Below are positions 46,700 to 59,460 of a stretch of DNA of 63,878 nucleotides, in pieces. Both the position numbers and the translations under genes were made by a program. Numbering within the stretch: position 1 is the stretch's first letter; each line of letters opens with the position of its first letter. Under the pieces are notes generated by a model. It was given only the letters and a program-made list of their open reading frames with translations, made no database searches and was not told where the DNA came from. The DNA is from Lama guanicoe. Its lineage: Eukaryota. The stretch is from assembly GCA_013239625.1 (NCBI GenBank), contig MU057350.1:22721894-22785771 (forward strand), written 5' to 3'.

Positions 46700-47105
46700 A
46701 AGCATGAATTCTCAATCTTTATTGTGCCATGGGATCCTCTGGCAATATGGTGATATCTCCAAGTGCATAAAATAAAAACATAGGATTTTAAAGGAAAGCA
46801 GTTATACGGAAACACAGTTACCAGAATAGTTAATAATTTAGCAATATCTAGCAAGCTCTAGCAGCAGGTGTAAAAAGTATTGTAATTTCAAAGTTCCGAA
46901 GAACCTAAATGACATTCTGACGTATCTGTAACAATTGTATGTATGTGATATGGAAATACCTGTGTTTTGTATTAATCACAAATACACTTATTCTGCTCAA
47001 ACTACTGTGGTTTGTTGCCTACATTCATACTGAAAGGAAGTGCTAAATTTCAGTTAGAAAGACCATAAAGATGTGATCTTTCTCACCCAGGTTTGCCAAT
47101 CCCTG
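46700..47105. mobile_element. MER119-like hAT-Charlie element
   Basis: GCCATGGGATCCTCTGGCAATATGGTGA...AAATAAAAACATAGGATT...ACTACTGTGGTTTGTTGCCTACATTCATA...AGTGCTAAATTTCAGTTAGA. Confidence 0.75.
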
Positions 47106-47429
47106 AATCGGCCTTGCTGAGGAGCCCCTGAGCTACAGCAAGGGGGCTGGGGCAGGACTTCTTGGTACAGCAGAGCAAGGGGAGAGCACTGGGAAGGGGA
47201 AGGTGATGTCTAGGACTGGGGCGGGTTGGGGAGAGGGCAGGAAAGCAGGACAAAGTAACAGGAATTTGAAGAAAGAAGGAACAGTTTCTGAAAAAACAGA
47301 AAGCTGGAGACGATAGTCAGTGCCCCTAGCGAGGAAAGTTTCTCTGGCTATGATGGCCAAGGAAGCTGTCCACCTCCACCCCACCCCGCCCCTCAGTTGG
47401 GATTCCCTCACCAGGAGAGCAGTGATACA

Positions 47430-47580
47430 ACAATGGAATCCCATACGGGGATGCCTGAATCCGAAGATGGGGAGGGCTGACTGTACTACGCCACTTTATA
47501 TAAGGGACTTGAGCATCGGGATTTTGGCATCCACAAGTGTCCTGGAACCAGTCCCCCAGGGATACCAAGGGACATCTGTG
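47430..47580. mobile_element. TcMar-Tigger (Tigger3/MER2-like) end fragment
   Basis: TTTATATAAGGGACTTGAGCATCGGGATTTTGGCATCCAC...TCCTGGAACCAGTCCCCCAGGGATACCAAGGGAC. Confidence 0.8.
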
Positions 47581-48043
47581 CTTGATTTTGCCTCCCCAGC
47601 TGAAAGTCTGAAATTACTTACTGTGGCCGCACTGTGAGCTCCTTCCCTTTTCCTGCCAGTCTAGACTTTCTTCCAGCTCATGCAAGCCGGGTGGTTACCA
47701 CAACGCCTTCCCAGAGCCAGTGGGTCCATTCCCTTCCATGGGAGCTGAGGGAACTAATTAACTCCAGCACTCTCCTCTGTGCCCAATTCTAATTCAAATC
47801 AGAGGGCCGGGAATGAAAAGATGGATATCAAAACATCTGCTTTATTGCTACTAAACTGGATGGAGGGTAGGACTTAGGTGTGGGTTCCTCATTCTCCCTG
47901 CCTCTCCTGCGACCCACACATGCCATTCTACAGCTGAACACCAGCAGGGGACAGTTGAGTCTACGGAACAGATACCTCATGCAGGATGGCTGCCTGGCAC
48001 TGGCTTAGGGGAGGATCGTGGAGGGGGAGGAGGGCAGAGAGAG

Positions 48044-48075
48044 GTGCGCGCGTGTGCACACACACACACACACAC
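48044..48075. repeat. Alternating purine-pyrimidine tract (CG/TG/CA)
   Basis: GTGCGCGCGTGTGCACACACACACACACACAC. Confidence 0.9.
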
Positions 48076-48359
48076 CCCTATCTTTAATATTCTTGATGGA
48101 CCAGTTCTTCCCCACCAAAAAATGTGGACCAATGGCTGTCACTCACCAGTTAGGTAACTCACTCCATCTCCAAGGGGAGGGATGAGGGTGTGGCAAGAGG
48201 CCAGGAGTGGTCAGGGAAAACTCTTAATGGAATTTGAGAGATGGAGAAGTAGACCCCCTCCAACACCCACGAGCCAAACTGTCCTCCCCAGGTACAAATA
48301 ATAATAATTATTTTAGTTTAATTTCTTACTATCCTAAAAAGAAGAGAAGGCTCAAGAGG

Positions 48360-48640
48360 GCTCCCTACCTTGTGACAGGGACTGGATGAAATTTTTAGTG
48401 CCTAATCTCATTTAATCTTCTCAACATTCCTTTATCATAGGTGGTCGAGCCATATGAAATTGTTGATTTGGAGCTTACAAAAGCAATAATTTTGTGTTCT
48501 TTGATCTAATGGTTCCCCTACTTTATAGGTGAGGTCACGGAGATTTATAGAAGCTAAGTGACTTGCCAATGACCACATCGTTCACAATTGAGCCATCTGG
48601 AATTTAATTCAAGCCTGACTTCAGAGCCCATGGTTTGAAC
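48360..48640 (-). mobile_element. MIR with a nested MADE2-like mariner MITE (~48437-48510)
   Basis: ATCTCATTTAATCTTCTCAACA | TAGG..GAGCCATATGAAATTG...ATAATTT...ATCTAAT | TTTATAGGTGAGG. Confidence 0.65.
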
Positions 48641-49429
48641 CACCGCGGTAAGATGCAGGTGTGCAGGTGCACCCGGAGATGTACCTGGAGGATTCTGAGG
48701 CTCGCTGCATAGTACAGCAACACCCAGCTTCTCTCTTCCAGGTCTGTGCCTGGGATGAAGCATAAAGAGATAAATAATATATGGATTCTGCCTTCAATGG
48801 TGCCTTGCATAGAGTAGGTGCTCAGTTATTTTTTAAATAGGTTAATTACTAAAGTTCACTTTCTTATGCACGTGGTGCGAGGAAGCCCTGTTCTACTTGA
48901 GGGAAGCCTCCAGCCTTACCTTGTCCTGCCCTTTCCTGTTTACAAAGGTCATTCACACACATTCTCAGAGCTGATGTGCCTCCTTGGGACGCACCTAATG
49001 AAGGTTCTGAAGCTGATGCCTTGGCCTGCTTCCGGAAGAGATCCTCCCCTGCTCGGAATGAAGCGGGCTTACAACAGAAATCAAAGTCAGAGTGGGAGCA
49101 ACCTCAGGCCGATTTAGAGAAAGGCTAGAGATTCAGGTGCAAGGCAGATGAAGAATCATTTTTGCATTTTTTCTGAGCGTGAATCCACCTTGGGGATTTC
49201 ATATTCATTTCCAATCACTCCTGGAAACAGGTCCTACATCAGGGAAAATCCAATAGGAGACTGAACTCTGTGGAGACTCTGGCGGCAATAGGACCCCGGG
49301 GCAGTGAGCCTCAGCACCCCAGGCAGGGTAGCTGTGTAGGTGGCATCTCAGCTCCTCACTCCCAGTTCCCCAATACGAGGTTCTGGCTGGAGGACCACCC
49401 GAGGCTGGATATTCTGCCTCCAAAGCACC

Positions 49430-49970
49430 ACTGGAGTGCTTCTGCATCTTTTGCTGCTGTCACCACCTGAGTCCAGGTGGCAACAACCTCCTGTCCAGTC
49501 TAACAAAACAAAAATCTGACTGTGTCGTCATATCACTTCAAATTCTTCAAAATGGTTTCCCCATTGACCCCAAAATAAAGTACAGACGCCCTCCCCTGCA
49601 CTTGCCTATCCACAGTTCACCTCCCTCCATCCCTCTCCTTCTCTCGTACTTGGGGCTCCAGCCAACTGGATTTCTTTTACTCCACAAATACCTGATTCTT
49701 GAGAGCGCCTTTCTCCAGGCTTTCACATACACTGTTCTTCTACCTGGAACATTCCTCCATCTCCATTCATCTTAGACACTATTTTCTCTGATACATTCCC
49801 TGATGCACCATTGGGCTCCTCTATTACCCTGCAGGTCCTCCTTCCCAATACTTTTCACACTCCATTATATTTTCTTGTTCGGTTCTTCACCTATCTCAAT
49901 AGATGTGCCTGCGTCATAGTAGGGTTTCAGTAAATACTTTTTTGAGTGAATAGATGAAAAAATGAACAAA
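49430..49970 (+). mobile_element. L2 3' region
   Basis: CTTCAAAATGGTTTCCCCATTG...AGGCTTTCACATACACTGTTCTTCTACCTGGAAC...CAGTAAATACTTTTTTGAGTGAAT. Confidence 0.75.
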
Positions 49971-51456
49971 TAAAAGATAAAATTAAAGACCCATGCTCCA
50001 GAGGCTTGAAATGTCATTAAAATATGTAGTCAGTTATGGACCTGAGAGAACTTTAGTTCTGCTCTGAGAAAGATGTATAGTTTCTGATGGTATATATGTA
50101 TCTGGATCCAAAACCCCATGGAAGCCTCAGCACTCACTAGGCCATAGTATCTCAGAGGTGGATTCCCAAAAGCCCAGTACATAGCAGTGGCTGTAAATTA
50201 GGATTCACTCTTCATCCTACAGTTTTAAACTCATTCAACTACACCATGTCAAAGTCCCATCAAAAACATCATACAACTTCTTGATTTGCTTTTATTACTC
50301 AAATACAATGAAAGCAAGTTTTTCCTAGACGTAAATGGACAGAAACCTCAATTTCTTGGCTGTCTGAATAAACACTGGATGGGGGAGCAAACTTTTTCAA
50401 CAACAGTTTTTCTTTAACAATGTCACTTCTGCTGTCTCCTCAAGGGCAGAGGCCAGGGTCAGCTGTAAACCCCACAGAGACCAGCACTGCCCACCCTGCA
50501 GACACCAGGGGACAAGAAGCAATTGTCATTCACACCAAAGGAGCTGGATGTTGGCATTTTTAATGTAAAATCACTAAGTTATGGCTGAAAATACTTCTTT
50601 ATGTGTGTTTAAAACCAGTGTTTAATATATAAACTAAGCACAGGAAATAAAGTTGCATTACATAAAAGTTCACACAACTAGACCTTATAAGGAATGCCTC
50701 CTACCACTTACAAATATGATGACTATAATTTTTTGAGCCAAAGGAGAGCATTCCAAGGGGAATGCATTCCATTAAAGACCCCAGAATAATCCTACTGATC
50801 TCATCCACTGGCCTTGATGTCATAGAATCATAGTCAATGTCAGTGAGACTGGGTCCCAAACACTAGCGTCGAGAGAAGAAAAAAAAATTAGAGTATGCGT
50901 GTGTTCATACTTGGCCTGGTTCCATAGATTAGAGAGGCTCTCAGAAACACATAAATTAAAATATAAGACACAAATAAATGCTAAAACACAAGAATCAGGG
51001 AAACTACACATTCGAATGGGATATCAAATTTGGGGGTGGGGGGTAGACAATGAAGTATTAAAGCCCTCAAATTATAATATAATTCCATGCATTACTCTAG
51101 ATGAGGTGCAAATTTAGCTCTGCATTCTCTAGTGCCCAAAATGAAGAGGGAAAGTGATGAGTGACATTCAACATAGCACCACGAGTGATCTTGGAAGTCC
51201 ACATCACAGAGGTAGCCCTTGCCGAGGAATGCTTCCCTTGTCCAAGAAGACTGAGAAACTCCAGATTCCAGAGAGACAGGTGGAAAGGAGTTTTATTTTA
51301 CCTTGAGTGAACTGACCTCTTCTTGCTGTCTCTAAATCACATTATAAAGGTGACAACCTATTCTGCCCCTCGCAATTCTGTCCCAAGGCTCTAGATGGGT
51401 TCATCCATTCAACAGACATTTAGTGATGGCTCACTCTGTGCCAGGCGCTGTCCAGG

Positions 51457-51780
51457 TGTGACGGGCACTGTGATGGGATGCCCAGGACTGCTTCAGGCAT
51501 GAAAGGCTCTCCTTTGGCCCTGAGAGTGCTGTTGGCATCCAGAAGGGAGACAGCTCACATCTGTGGGCCAGTCACTGTGAGGATATCAAGGCCCACTCCC
51601 CTTATCTCAGCTTGGGACAATCTGAGGGGACACCTTGGCTTCAGAACGTCCCACAGAGTTGTCCAGGGGCTCCGTGGAGGCATCCCAGCTCAACTCTGCT
51701 TTTCCCTTCTATAGGTTCCAATCTCAAGAACCCTTCCTAATAAACCGCAGGCACACTACCTGCATCTCAGAGCAAACCAG
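51457..51780 (+). mobile_element. LTR16-family ERVL LTR
   Basis: TGCCCAGGACTGCTTCAGG...CCCTTATCTCAGCTTGGGACAATCTGAG...CTTCCTAATAAACC...CTGCATCTCAGAG. Confidence 0.7.
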
Positions 51781-52754
51781 AAGTTCAGAAAGCAGAGCTA
51801 CACCTGGTTACCTGCTTCGTTTCCAGGAAGTCACCACAGAAGAGAGGAGGGAGGGAGGATGCTCCAGAAGCCTGGGTGGTCCAGCTTCCACGGACCTCTC
51901 TCCCCCATTTTCCCCCCTGCTGGGGGTGCAGGGTGCTTGGCTTCCACCCTCCTCTTGCTCTCATTATCAAAAAAACTAATCTGGGGGCTAAGTTTTCCTC
52001 CACTTAAAATGAGAGAAATGAACGAAAGGATTTGTGAGCTCTATAATTAACGATTCTTTGAACATTTAAAAACATATCATGTTCTTTTAAATCTCAACCA
52101 CTTATTTCAGAGAGTGCCAATTTATGCAAGTGCAAACTAAGGGACATCACAATATACTACTTATGTTTTCAATACGCTATATTTTAGTAAATACATTTAC
52201 GTCACCATCATTGAAGAGCATTCAATGAGCGCCTGCCAGATGCATCGCACAGTACTTGAAAAATCAGCAATTGTTGAGATGTTGACATGTTTAAATTTGG
52301 CTGATATTACATGAGAATGCATAACTCAGATTGGGAATTACACTCATGCTACATGGCTGCTGTTTCTTCTTCTTCCTCTTCTTTTTCTCCTTTCAAGCTG
52401 CCAGATGGTGTGGATCAAATTATTCTAGAAGGCAGAGAGCCTGGATTTCTGCAGATAAGCATGGCAGTCGGTGCTGACTGCTGCCTCCACCGGCCACTCA
52501 CGGTGGTGTAATCTGCTCCCACCGCATCCCCTTGGCCATCCATGCTGCTCAGGTGGGAGGGTGGTTCCAGCAACATTTTTAAGTGCACTTAGAGAATTTC
52601 TGGAATAAAACTTTTGCTTTATCTCTTTCATTTATTTTCTCAAAATCTTAGAAATATAAAATTTATTTTTATTTTAAAAAATGAACAGGACTACTCAGAT
52701 ACAGTAGAATATAGTGATTAAAAGTTTGAAGAGTCAGATAGAAAAAGACGATAC

Positions 52755-52940
52755 CCAAACTTTATTGAGCATTTTCTATCTATTAATGTGTCTAGTCCTC
52801 ACAACAACGTCTCCATTTCACAGAGGAAGAAACTGAGACCCAGAGAGGAAGGATCACCTGCCTCCAGTCACCCAGCTAAAAAGAGGAGAGCCCAGATTTT
52901 AACCTGGGCAGTTCAGGTTACAGAGACCATGCTCTGGACT
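52755..52940 (-). mobile_element. MIR SINE
   Basis: CCATTTCACAGAGGAAGAAACTGAGACCCAGAGAGG. Confidence 0.8.
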
Positions 52941-53886
52941 TCTTTCTTCTACTGATAATGTGGTCAATCAACAGCTCTGTGACTCAGAATCCCCATTTGA
53001 AAAAAAAAAACAAAAAACCAGGGATCAGAACATGATCTCCACTATAGGTTGTGAAGTGATAAAAGGACACAGGGAAGACACCTGGCTCTCTGCCAGGCAA
53101 AGGGTAAATGCTGCAAATACATTTGTCTTTATTATATCTCAAGGGGGTGCTGTCATGGGAAATGCACATATCCCTTCAATATATTACTGAATCTGACTTG
53201 GAAACCTCTCTTTCATGGAGTTCAGAACTTTCTTTCTCAGAAACGCTTAACCAACAAGGATTCTAACTAACTAGATGAGTATGAGGGGTGACGTTGTGTG
53301 TACATGTGCACCTGCGCCTCTGGGATGTGTTCATTCACCTATGATTCCACAGCCTGGGGTGTTCCCCGGTTATGTCAGCCTCCAACGTACAGAAGAGAGA
53401 AAAATGCTTTGAGCAGTGACCAAACCAGAGCAGAAACATTTGGCTCCACCTTTCCAGCACTGAGTTCCTACTCTGATCCCTTGCCGATGAGAAGATATAA
53501 ATTGGTATGGGCTTTATGAAGAATAATTTGCCAATGTCTATCAAAACTTTAAATGCACATGCCCCATGGCCCAACAGTTCCACTGGAAGAAATTACATCA
53601 AATGTAAGATAGTCACTTCAGCAACATTTATAAACATGGAAGATTGAAAATGACCTAGATGTCCACACATCATGGTATATCTGTACAATGAAATACAATG
53701 CTGCCAATAAGAGAATGAGATAGCTCCCTATGTAATAAGGGACAAGTAACAAGGCATATAATTAAGTGAAAACGCAAGGTGAAGAATACTACCATCCATG
53801 TAAAAAAGTAGATATATGCACACGTCTTCATATGTGTGTATGTGTGTGTGTGTGTTCATGTGTACATATGTACTCAGACATACATA

Positions 53887-54231
53887 TAGTCTTGGTCTAT
53901 TCAGACTGCTATAACAAACATTACCATAGACTGGGTGGCTTATAAGCAACAGAAATTTATTTCTCACAGTCCGGAGGCTGGAAGTCCAAAATCAGGGTGA
54001 GGGGCTGGTGAGAGCCTTCCTCCCGCCTGCCGACTTCTTGTCTCCTCACATGGTAGGAAGAAGCCAAGAGAGTCCTCTAGGGTCCCTTTTATAAAGGCAC
54101 TAACCTTTATGTGGGCTCCACCCTCATGACCTGATCACCTTCCAAAGACTCCATCTCCTAATAACATCACACTGGGGATTAGATTTCAACAAACGAATTT
54201 GGGGAGGGACACAAATATTCAGTCTGTATAA
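53887..54231 (-). mobile_element. MLT1A solo LTR
   Basis: CTGCTATAACAAACATTACCATAGACTGGGTGGCTTATAAGCAACAGAAATTTATTTCTCACAGT...GGGACACAAATATTCAGTC. Confidence 0.9.
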
Positions 54232-54461
54232 GGTAATATATACATGTACATATATGTGTGTATATATGCATATTGTACATGTATGTAATAAATATAGTAT
54301 ACAATATGTGTACAAGATATAATGTAATATATGTATGTAATATAATATATACATATACATACATGTAATGTGCACAATAAGTAATACATAATACATATTA
54401 TATATGTATATATTACATTACCTATGTATATTACACATGTTTATGTGTATATATATTTATA
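54232..54461. repeat. Degenerate (TA/TG/CA)n low-complexity tract
   Basis: AT-rich alternating dinucleotides; source of spurious Y/I/T-rich ORFs. Confidence 0.9.
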
Positions 54462-54463
54462 GC

Positions 54464-54935
54464 TGTCTTAATTTGCATTCCTCCAGAATCAAACTTTTAA
54501 GAGAAGAATATAAGTGTATGTCAGTGTTTGTGATCCCAAGAAACTCCAACAGGAAGCAGAGAAGTAAGGCAAGGAAGTAAGGAAGACAGGCAGGAGAGGA
54601 AAGATAGTCAATTAAGGGCACTATCAAGAGTTACTGCTGAAGGCCAGGAGTGCAGTCCTGCTGGGGAAGTCTGGAAAAGAGCGTGAACTTCACCTCACAG
54701 TTATCTCACCCACGGGGCCAGGAGACTGGGCTATTTATCCAACTTTCTGTCTGTCTTTGGTTGTGGGCTAATTCCAGGGCGTTCACTCTCTCGTTCAAAC
54801 TTGCCAAAGGTGCTCCCAGGGCCAGAACAAATAGCCCTATGAGGGAAGATTCAGGGTTCACAGAGAGCGGCCTTTGGGGTGTCGAGGGGAGGGGAGGGAG
54901 GACACTAGCAGGGCACTGACAGGGTCTGTTCCAAT
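54464..54935 (-). mobile_element. LTR16-like ERVL LTR
   Basis: TGTCTTAATTTGCATTCCTCCAGAATCAAAC...CACCTCACAGTTATCTCACCCACGGGG...GGGCACTGACAGGGTCTGTTCCA. Confidence 0.65.
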
Positions 54936-55177
54936 ATGCCCAGAGGGGTCTCCCAGAGGGAGACGCATGAGATGCAGAAGGAACTGAGGTTAGTGGTGGG
55001 GAAGACAGAGGGGCACTAAGAGACTGGAGGAGACAGGCACTTTCAGCAGGGACCCTCCTGCACTTTCTGAATTTTGTGATGTGTGTATATCACCCTTTCT
55101 CAAGGTAAACAAAATTATATCCAGCAATTAAACCCAGCCCCTGCAGAGAAGACTGAGAGGCTAACAAACATGTCTCT

Positions 55178-55375
55178 AGAGCACCTGGGCTCTGGTGACA
55201 TCCCGCGGTGGACAGTTCTGTCCTGCCGTTACAGGATACTCAGCTGAATACTTGCCCACATGCACAGTAGCACACACTGCCTGAGCTGTGACCATCAGAA
55301 GTGCCTCCCAGCACTGCCAAGTGTCTGTCCCGTGGAGGCAAAGTCGCCCCCTCTCCCTGTCGAGAACCACTGCTT
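55178..55375. mobile_element. MER20 hAT element
   Basis: CCCAGCACTGCCAAGTGTCTGTCCCGTGGAGGCAAAGTCGCCCC...GAGAACCACTG. Confidence 0.7.
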
Positions 55376-55689
55376 TAGAGAACTGGTGAGGTTGGATTCT
55401 CTCTAGTGAACACAGGGTGTTCCCAAGTGACATCTCTGTGTAAAGCTCGTGTTTGGGGAGGGACGTCAACCACCTATAAAAGGAATGGATGGAGCTGTTA
55501 CGTCCTCCCTCCCGCCCTTCCCTATGGTTCCCCCTCCACACACACCCCATCCCTTATCTCCCACACACGTTTTTCACAGAACCACACAGGACACTGCGGG
55601 TCAGGAGATCCTGCTGACACAGACACCACATAAGTGTTTCCAGAAGCTGTGCCGAATTGAATGAAGGCGGAGCCTCCAGTGAAAGCCTA

Positions 55690-55968
55690 TTCAGGCACTG
55701 AGCTCCCTCCTCTCCTGTCCTTCCCTCCCGCTGCTCCCCTCTCCATCCTGTCTGTCCTCAGGAGCACTTCTCACCCTCTGCAGTGATCTCGTTCATTTCA
55801 CTTACTTGTTTATTACCTGTCTGCTCCCGCTAGAAGGGGGCTCCACGAAAATGACGATCATTCCAGTCCTGTTCTCATGGTCTCTCCAACATCATGAACA
55901 GTGCTTGCAACAGAAGAGGTGTCAATAGATGCTTATCAATGAAATGATCGAGTGACTGGATGAATGAA
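55690..55968 (+). mobile_element. L2 3' end
   Basis: TTACTTGTTTATTACCTGTCT...AACAGTGCTTGCAACAGAAGAGGTGTCAATAGATGCTT...ATGAATGAA. Confidence 0.7.
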
Positions 55969-56372
55969 ACTTCCAGAGTGCTGGAGAAGGAGGAGGGAAA
56001 GTGCAAATGATGATAAGGGAAAAAGAAGAGAGACAAGGCAGGAAGCAGGGCGGGAGATGCCATGGAAACCACCAGGCAGAGCTTACATGGCTCAAAACTG
56101 GAATGAGATGAAACCTCTTCCCTGGAAAAGAGCTGGGATATCTTCCCACCGACTCCTCCCTACCTTCTGCCAGTCACCTCCCAGAAGCTGGAGCTGGACT
56201 GCAATTTGAAGGGTGTAACATCATCAGAGGGTGATGACATCTCTGAAATGAAGTGATTTTAGATGAGTTCGGATGGCTCTGTGCCCCGTTTTCCAGGTCT
56301 GTGCATCATGTGCCACTGCTGCAAACAGGCAGTGGGAATAAAAGGAGTCTTTGTTTCAGCTTTTCCTGAGAC

Positions 56373-56821
56373 TGTGAGCATAATTGCCACTGTCTGAATT
56401 GTTGTTCAGCAACACTTATTCTCCCTCCCACCGTGGGCGCAATGTATGTCTCTGCTCTGTCGATTTGGTCTTGGCTTCATAACTTTTTCTGGCTAATGGA
56501 ATGCTAGTCACAACATGACCAGGGGCCTTAAATGCACCAGGCTGTTTGGCTTAGTTCTTAAGAGCATCTCCTGCGTGGCCACTGCCTTTTCACCTGGGCC
56601 CCAGGATGAACATACATGGAGTCAACCTGAACTTGACTCCCTGCCTGTCCCACAGAACACACAGCCTGAAGCAGAGTCTCCCACTGAGACCCAAATCGCA
56701 GTCAATCCACAGACGTGGCAGCATGAGAATAAATCCTGGTTGTAAGCCACTTGTAAGCCAACATGAGTGTGGGGTGGTTTGCTAAGCAGCATTACGATGG
56801 CAATAGATGGCTGATTCAACA
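56373..56821 (+). mobile_element. MLT1H/I-like LTR
   Basis: TGGCTAATGGAATG...CCTGGGCCCCAGGATGAAC...CAGCATGAGAATAAAT...TGTAAGCCAC...GCAGCATTA...GGCAATAGATGGCTGA. Confidence 0.8.
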
Positions 56822-56831
56822 GTAATTAGTA

Positions 56832-56963
56832 GGGGAGAGGGTATAGCTCAGGGGTAGAGCACATGCGTAGCATGCACGAGGTCCTGGGTTCAATCCCCAG
56901 TACCTCCATTTAAAAAATAAATAAGTAAGCCTAATTATATAAACCCCTCCAAAAAAAAAAAAA
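56832..56963 (+). mobile_element. Camelid tRNA-Ala-derived SINE (Vic-1 type)
   Basis: GGGGAGAGGGTATAGCTCAGGGGTAGAGCACATGCGTAGCATGCACGAGGTCCTGGGTTCAATCCCCAGTACCTCCA...CCTAATTA...poly(A). Confidence 0.92.
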
Positions 56964-56994
56964 GAAGTAGCAATGAGCAATACCTGGTCCAAAG

Positions 56995-57190
56995 ACAGGC
57001 CTGAGTTTTAATAATGCCTCTTTCCCTCCTAGCTCTACGGCCTTGGGCAAGTTAACTTCTGCACCTCAGTTTTCTCATTTATTAAACAGAAGTAATAATA
57101 GCATTATTTTCAACACTGTTGTAAGGATTAAATGAGATAATCTATACAGAGTGCTTCGTATCATACTTGGCCCAGAATAAATACTCTAGA
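56995..57190 (+). mobile_element. MIR SINE
   Basis: CCTTGGGCAAGTT...CCTCAGTTTTCTCATTTATTAAAC...GTAAGGATTAAATGAGATAAT. Confidence 0.85.
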
Positions 57191-57194
57191 AGTC

Positions 57195-57957
57195 AGAGGT
57201 CACAAATCAGAAGCGTGTTTTCAAATAATTCAGTTCGTTGTCTCTATTGGGATCCATTCCCAACTGCCAACTGGGAAATTACATGTAAAAAAGTAATCTA
57301 GACCTACATCTTCTTTTGAAAAATCAGACATGGCAACACTAAGCCAGCATTCCTACATGGCAACAAAGGTTAGAGCTAGGGGTGGTATATCACTGTGTGA
57401 ATAACAGAAAATCTGACCACCATGGTTTAAACAAGTAAGGGGTTAGTTTTTCTCATGCAGCAAGATGTCTAGGAGTCAGAAGTCCAGGGCTGGGACTGGC
57501 TGAGCGATACCATCAGGACCCTGGGCCCTTCTGTCCTGCTGCTCTGCCATCTTCAGCATGTGATGTTTGGTCCTCATAATCTCAAGATGGCTGCTACATA
57601 TCCAGCCACAGCATCTGTGTTTCAGATAAGAAAAGAAGGTGGAGGACAGAAAAGGAAAAAGGACAAAATCTCTCCTAGTGAGTCTTTGTCCTTTCATATG
57701 AGAGAAGACTTCCCGGGGACTTCCGCTAATATCTTAAAGCTTAGAAGTGAGTGGTATCAGACATACCGTGCTGCAGGCTTGCCTGGGAAATGGAACATTT
57801 CACTACTGCCTCTACTGCTAAGAGAGAAGGCAGTTGGAAATGAGTACTAAAGCTCAAGCTAGAGCATCTCCGTTCAGAGCAGACCCTTCCCAGTCTGGTT
57901 TATTATTTTCCTGCCTTCCATGGCCCCTGAATCTGTATTTGTGTTTGCAACTCCTGC
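57195..57957 (+). mobile_element. MER102-like element split by an MLT1J/K LTR (~57390-57870, minus)
   Basis: TTCTTTTGAAAAATCAGACATGGCAACACTAAGCC; LTR part TGGTTTAAACAAGTAAGGG...CAAGATGGCTGCT; end ...GTTTGCAACTCCTG. Confidence 0.7.
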
Positions 57958-59304
57958 CATATATGGTTTTCATTATTCTCAGCCAAGTCAGGGCATAGGT
58001 TTTGGAGTACGTTCTGGCCTAGGCCTTTATAAGCTCACAGCAGGACTGAACTTCCAAGGTCCTCCCCTCCCCAGCTACTTTGCCCCATTCTTCATCTTTA
58101 GCTTTTCATCTGGGGCAGGAGCAATATACAATATGCTCAAAGAAGCAAGGGGAAGTTTCTGGCCCAGCTCTTAAAAGCGTCTCTGACCGTACTGGCCATA
58201 TTCTTGCTGTGGCCTTGGCTGCAACCGAGAAAATATTCTTTCCCCTCAACTCCATTTGTCCTATTTTCCCTTTTGATGGACTTTGATAGCTTCATACCAT
58301 TTTTCAAGGCAGGCTATTGAAGTTCCAGGAGGTGACCTCTATTTACTACAATAAAATTAGTGATTTATAGAAAGTCAGAATTCTGCAATCCCCCAAACTC
58401 TCCTTTTATCCCTAACTACTATGTCAACAAAGCACCCAGCATCCAGTATGGTTCAAAGGTCTGAATTGTGTAGCAAAATAAATCATTTTTAAAATCCCAA
58501 CAGTAATGTATGGTCGGAGCATTCCTAACTTGAATTGAGTAAGGGGAAAGAGAGCAGATGCAGCCAAGCTTGGCTGTAGTATATTACTCAAGTTGATGTG
58601 GGGCCGGGGAGATTGGATATTTAATGTCAATGATACCGTGAAAGGGGATGAAAAAATTCCAAGTTCCACTGGAAAATAGGAAGGTAAAATTTAGGTCCCA
58701 CAAGCCCTGGCCTATTTTTTCTCTCCTTCTCCTCCCCCACTGTCATTCCCCTTGGTTTCTTACCTTCCTCCTTCTCACTCTCCCTCCCTTCCTGCCTGGT
58801 GGGCTATTTCTGTGTCCACTGTTGAATGTCTAGCAAGTTTTTCACTAGGACCCTGATTTCGGTTCAGTGTTGACATTGACATTGACCAGAATTCTGGTCC
58901 CAAACTTGCTTATTCAGATGCACATGATGTTGTGCTTTGCATCACAATGTTCCAACCTCAATCTCTGGAGTGTGCAGAGTTGCCCAGAGCCCAGGCAGTG
59001 TTCGCTTCATTGGGGCAAATTTGGACACTCAAGGTGGTGCCCACCCTGGGAGGCTCAGGAATCGTGGGGAGAAAAGGTGTGTCTGCAGGTCGTGGAGTAA
59101 GCTTGAGGGGTCTGGCTGACCGGGGAGATCTACTCACTTCAGTTCAAAAATTTTGTTTTGAGCTGCTACTTTATTCCAACACAGTGTGAGGACCTGGGGA
59201 TACAAAGATCCAAAAGACATGATTCTGCTCTCAAGAAGCCCACTGCCTAGAGGGGGTGGCTGACCCTCAGTGAAACGACTTACTCCTCTAGAGAAGGTCT
59301 AAAT

Positions 59305-59460
59305 CCCCTAGTGCAGGGCTATCACACCTTAATGTGCTCACGGATCCCCTGGATTCTTGGGAAAATCTTGATTTGCATTAAATGGATCTAGGAAGGGCCT
59401 GAGACGCTGCCCGTCTAACAGGCTGATGCCCACATTGCTGGTCCCAGTAAGGTCCTATGT
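59305..59460. mobile_element. MER5-like hAT MITE
   Basis: ATCCCCTGGATTCTTG...GGAAGGGCCTGAGACGCTGC..TCTAACAGG...TGCTGGTCC. Confidence 0.6.

Larger units (their letters stand above)
53480..55110 (+). mobile_element. L1ME 3' region interrupted by MLT1A, a (TA)-rich tract and an LTR16-like LTR
   Basis: ATATAAATTGGTA...AATTTGCCAATGTCTATCAAAA...ATGGTATATCTGTACAATGAAATAC; resumes near 54940. Confidence 0.7.

Noticed and set aside
52441-52458. TAL1-GATA1 composite motif
   Set aside because: Spacing is CTG-N9-AGATAA, longer than the usual N7-8.
54124-54396. Tyr/Ile-rich ORFs
   Set aside because: Translation of a (TA)n low-complexity tract and MLT1A.
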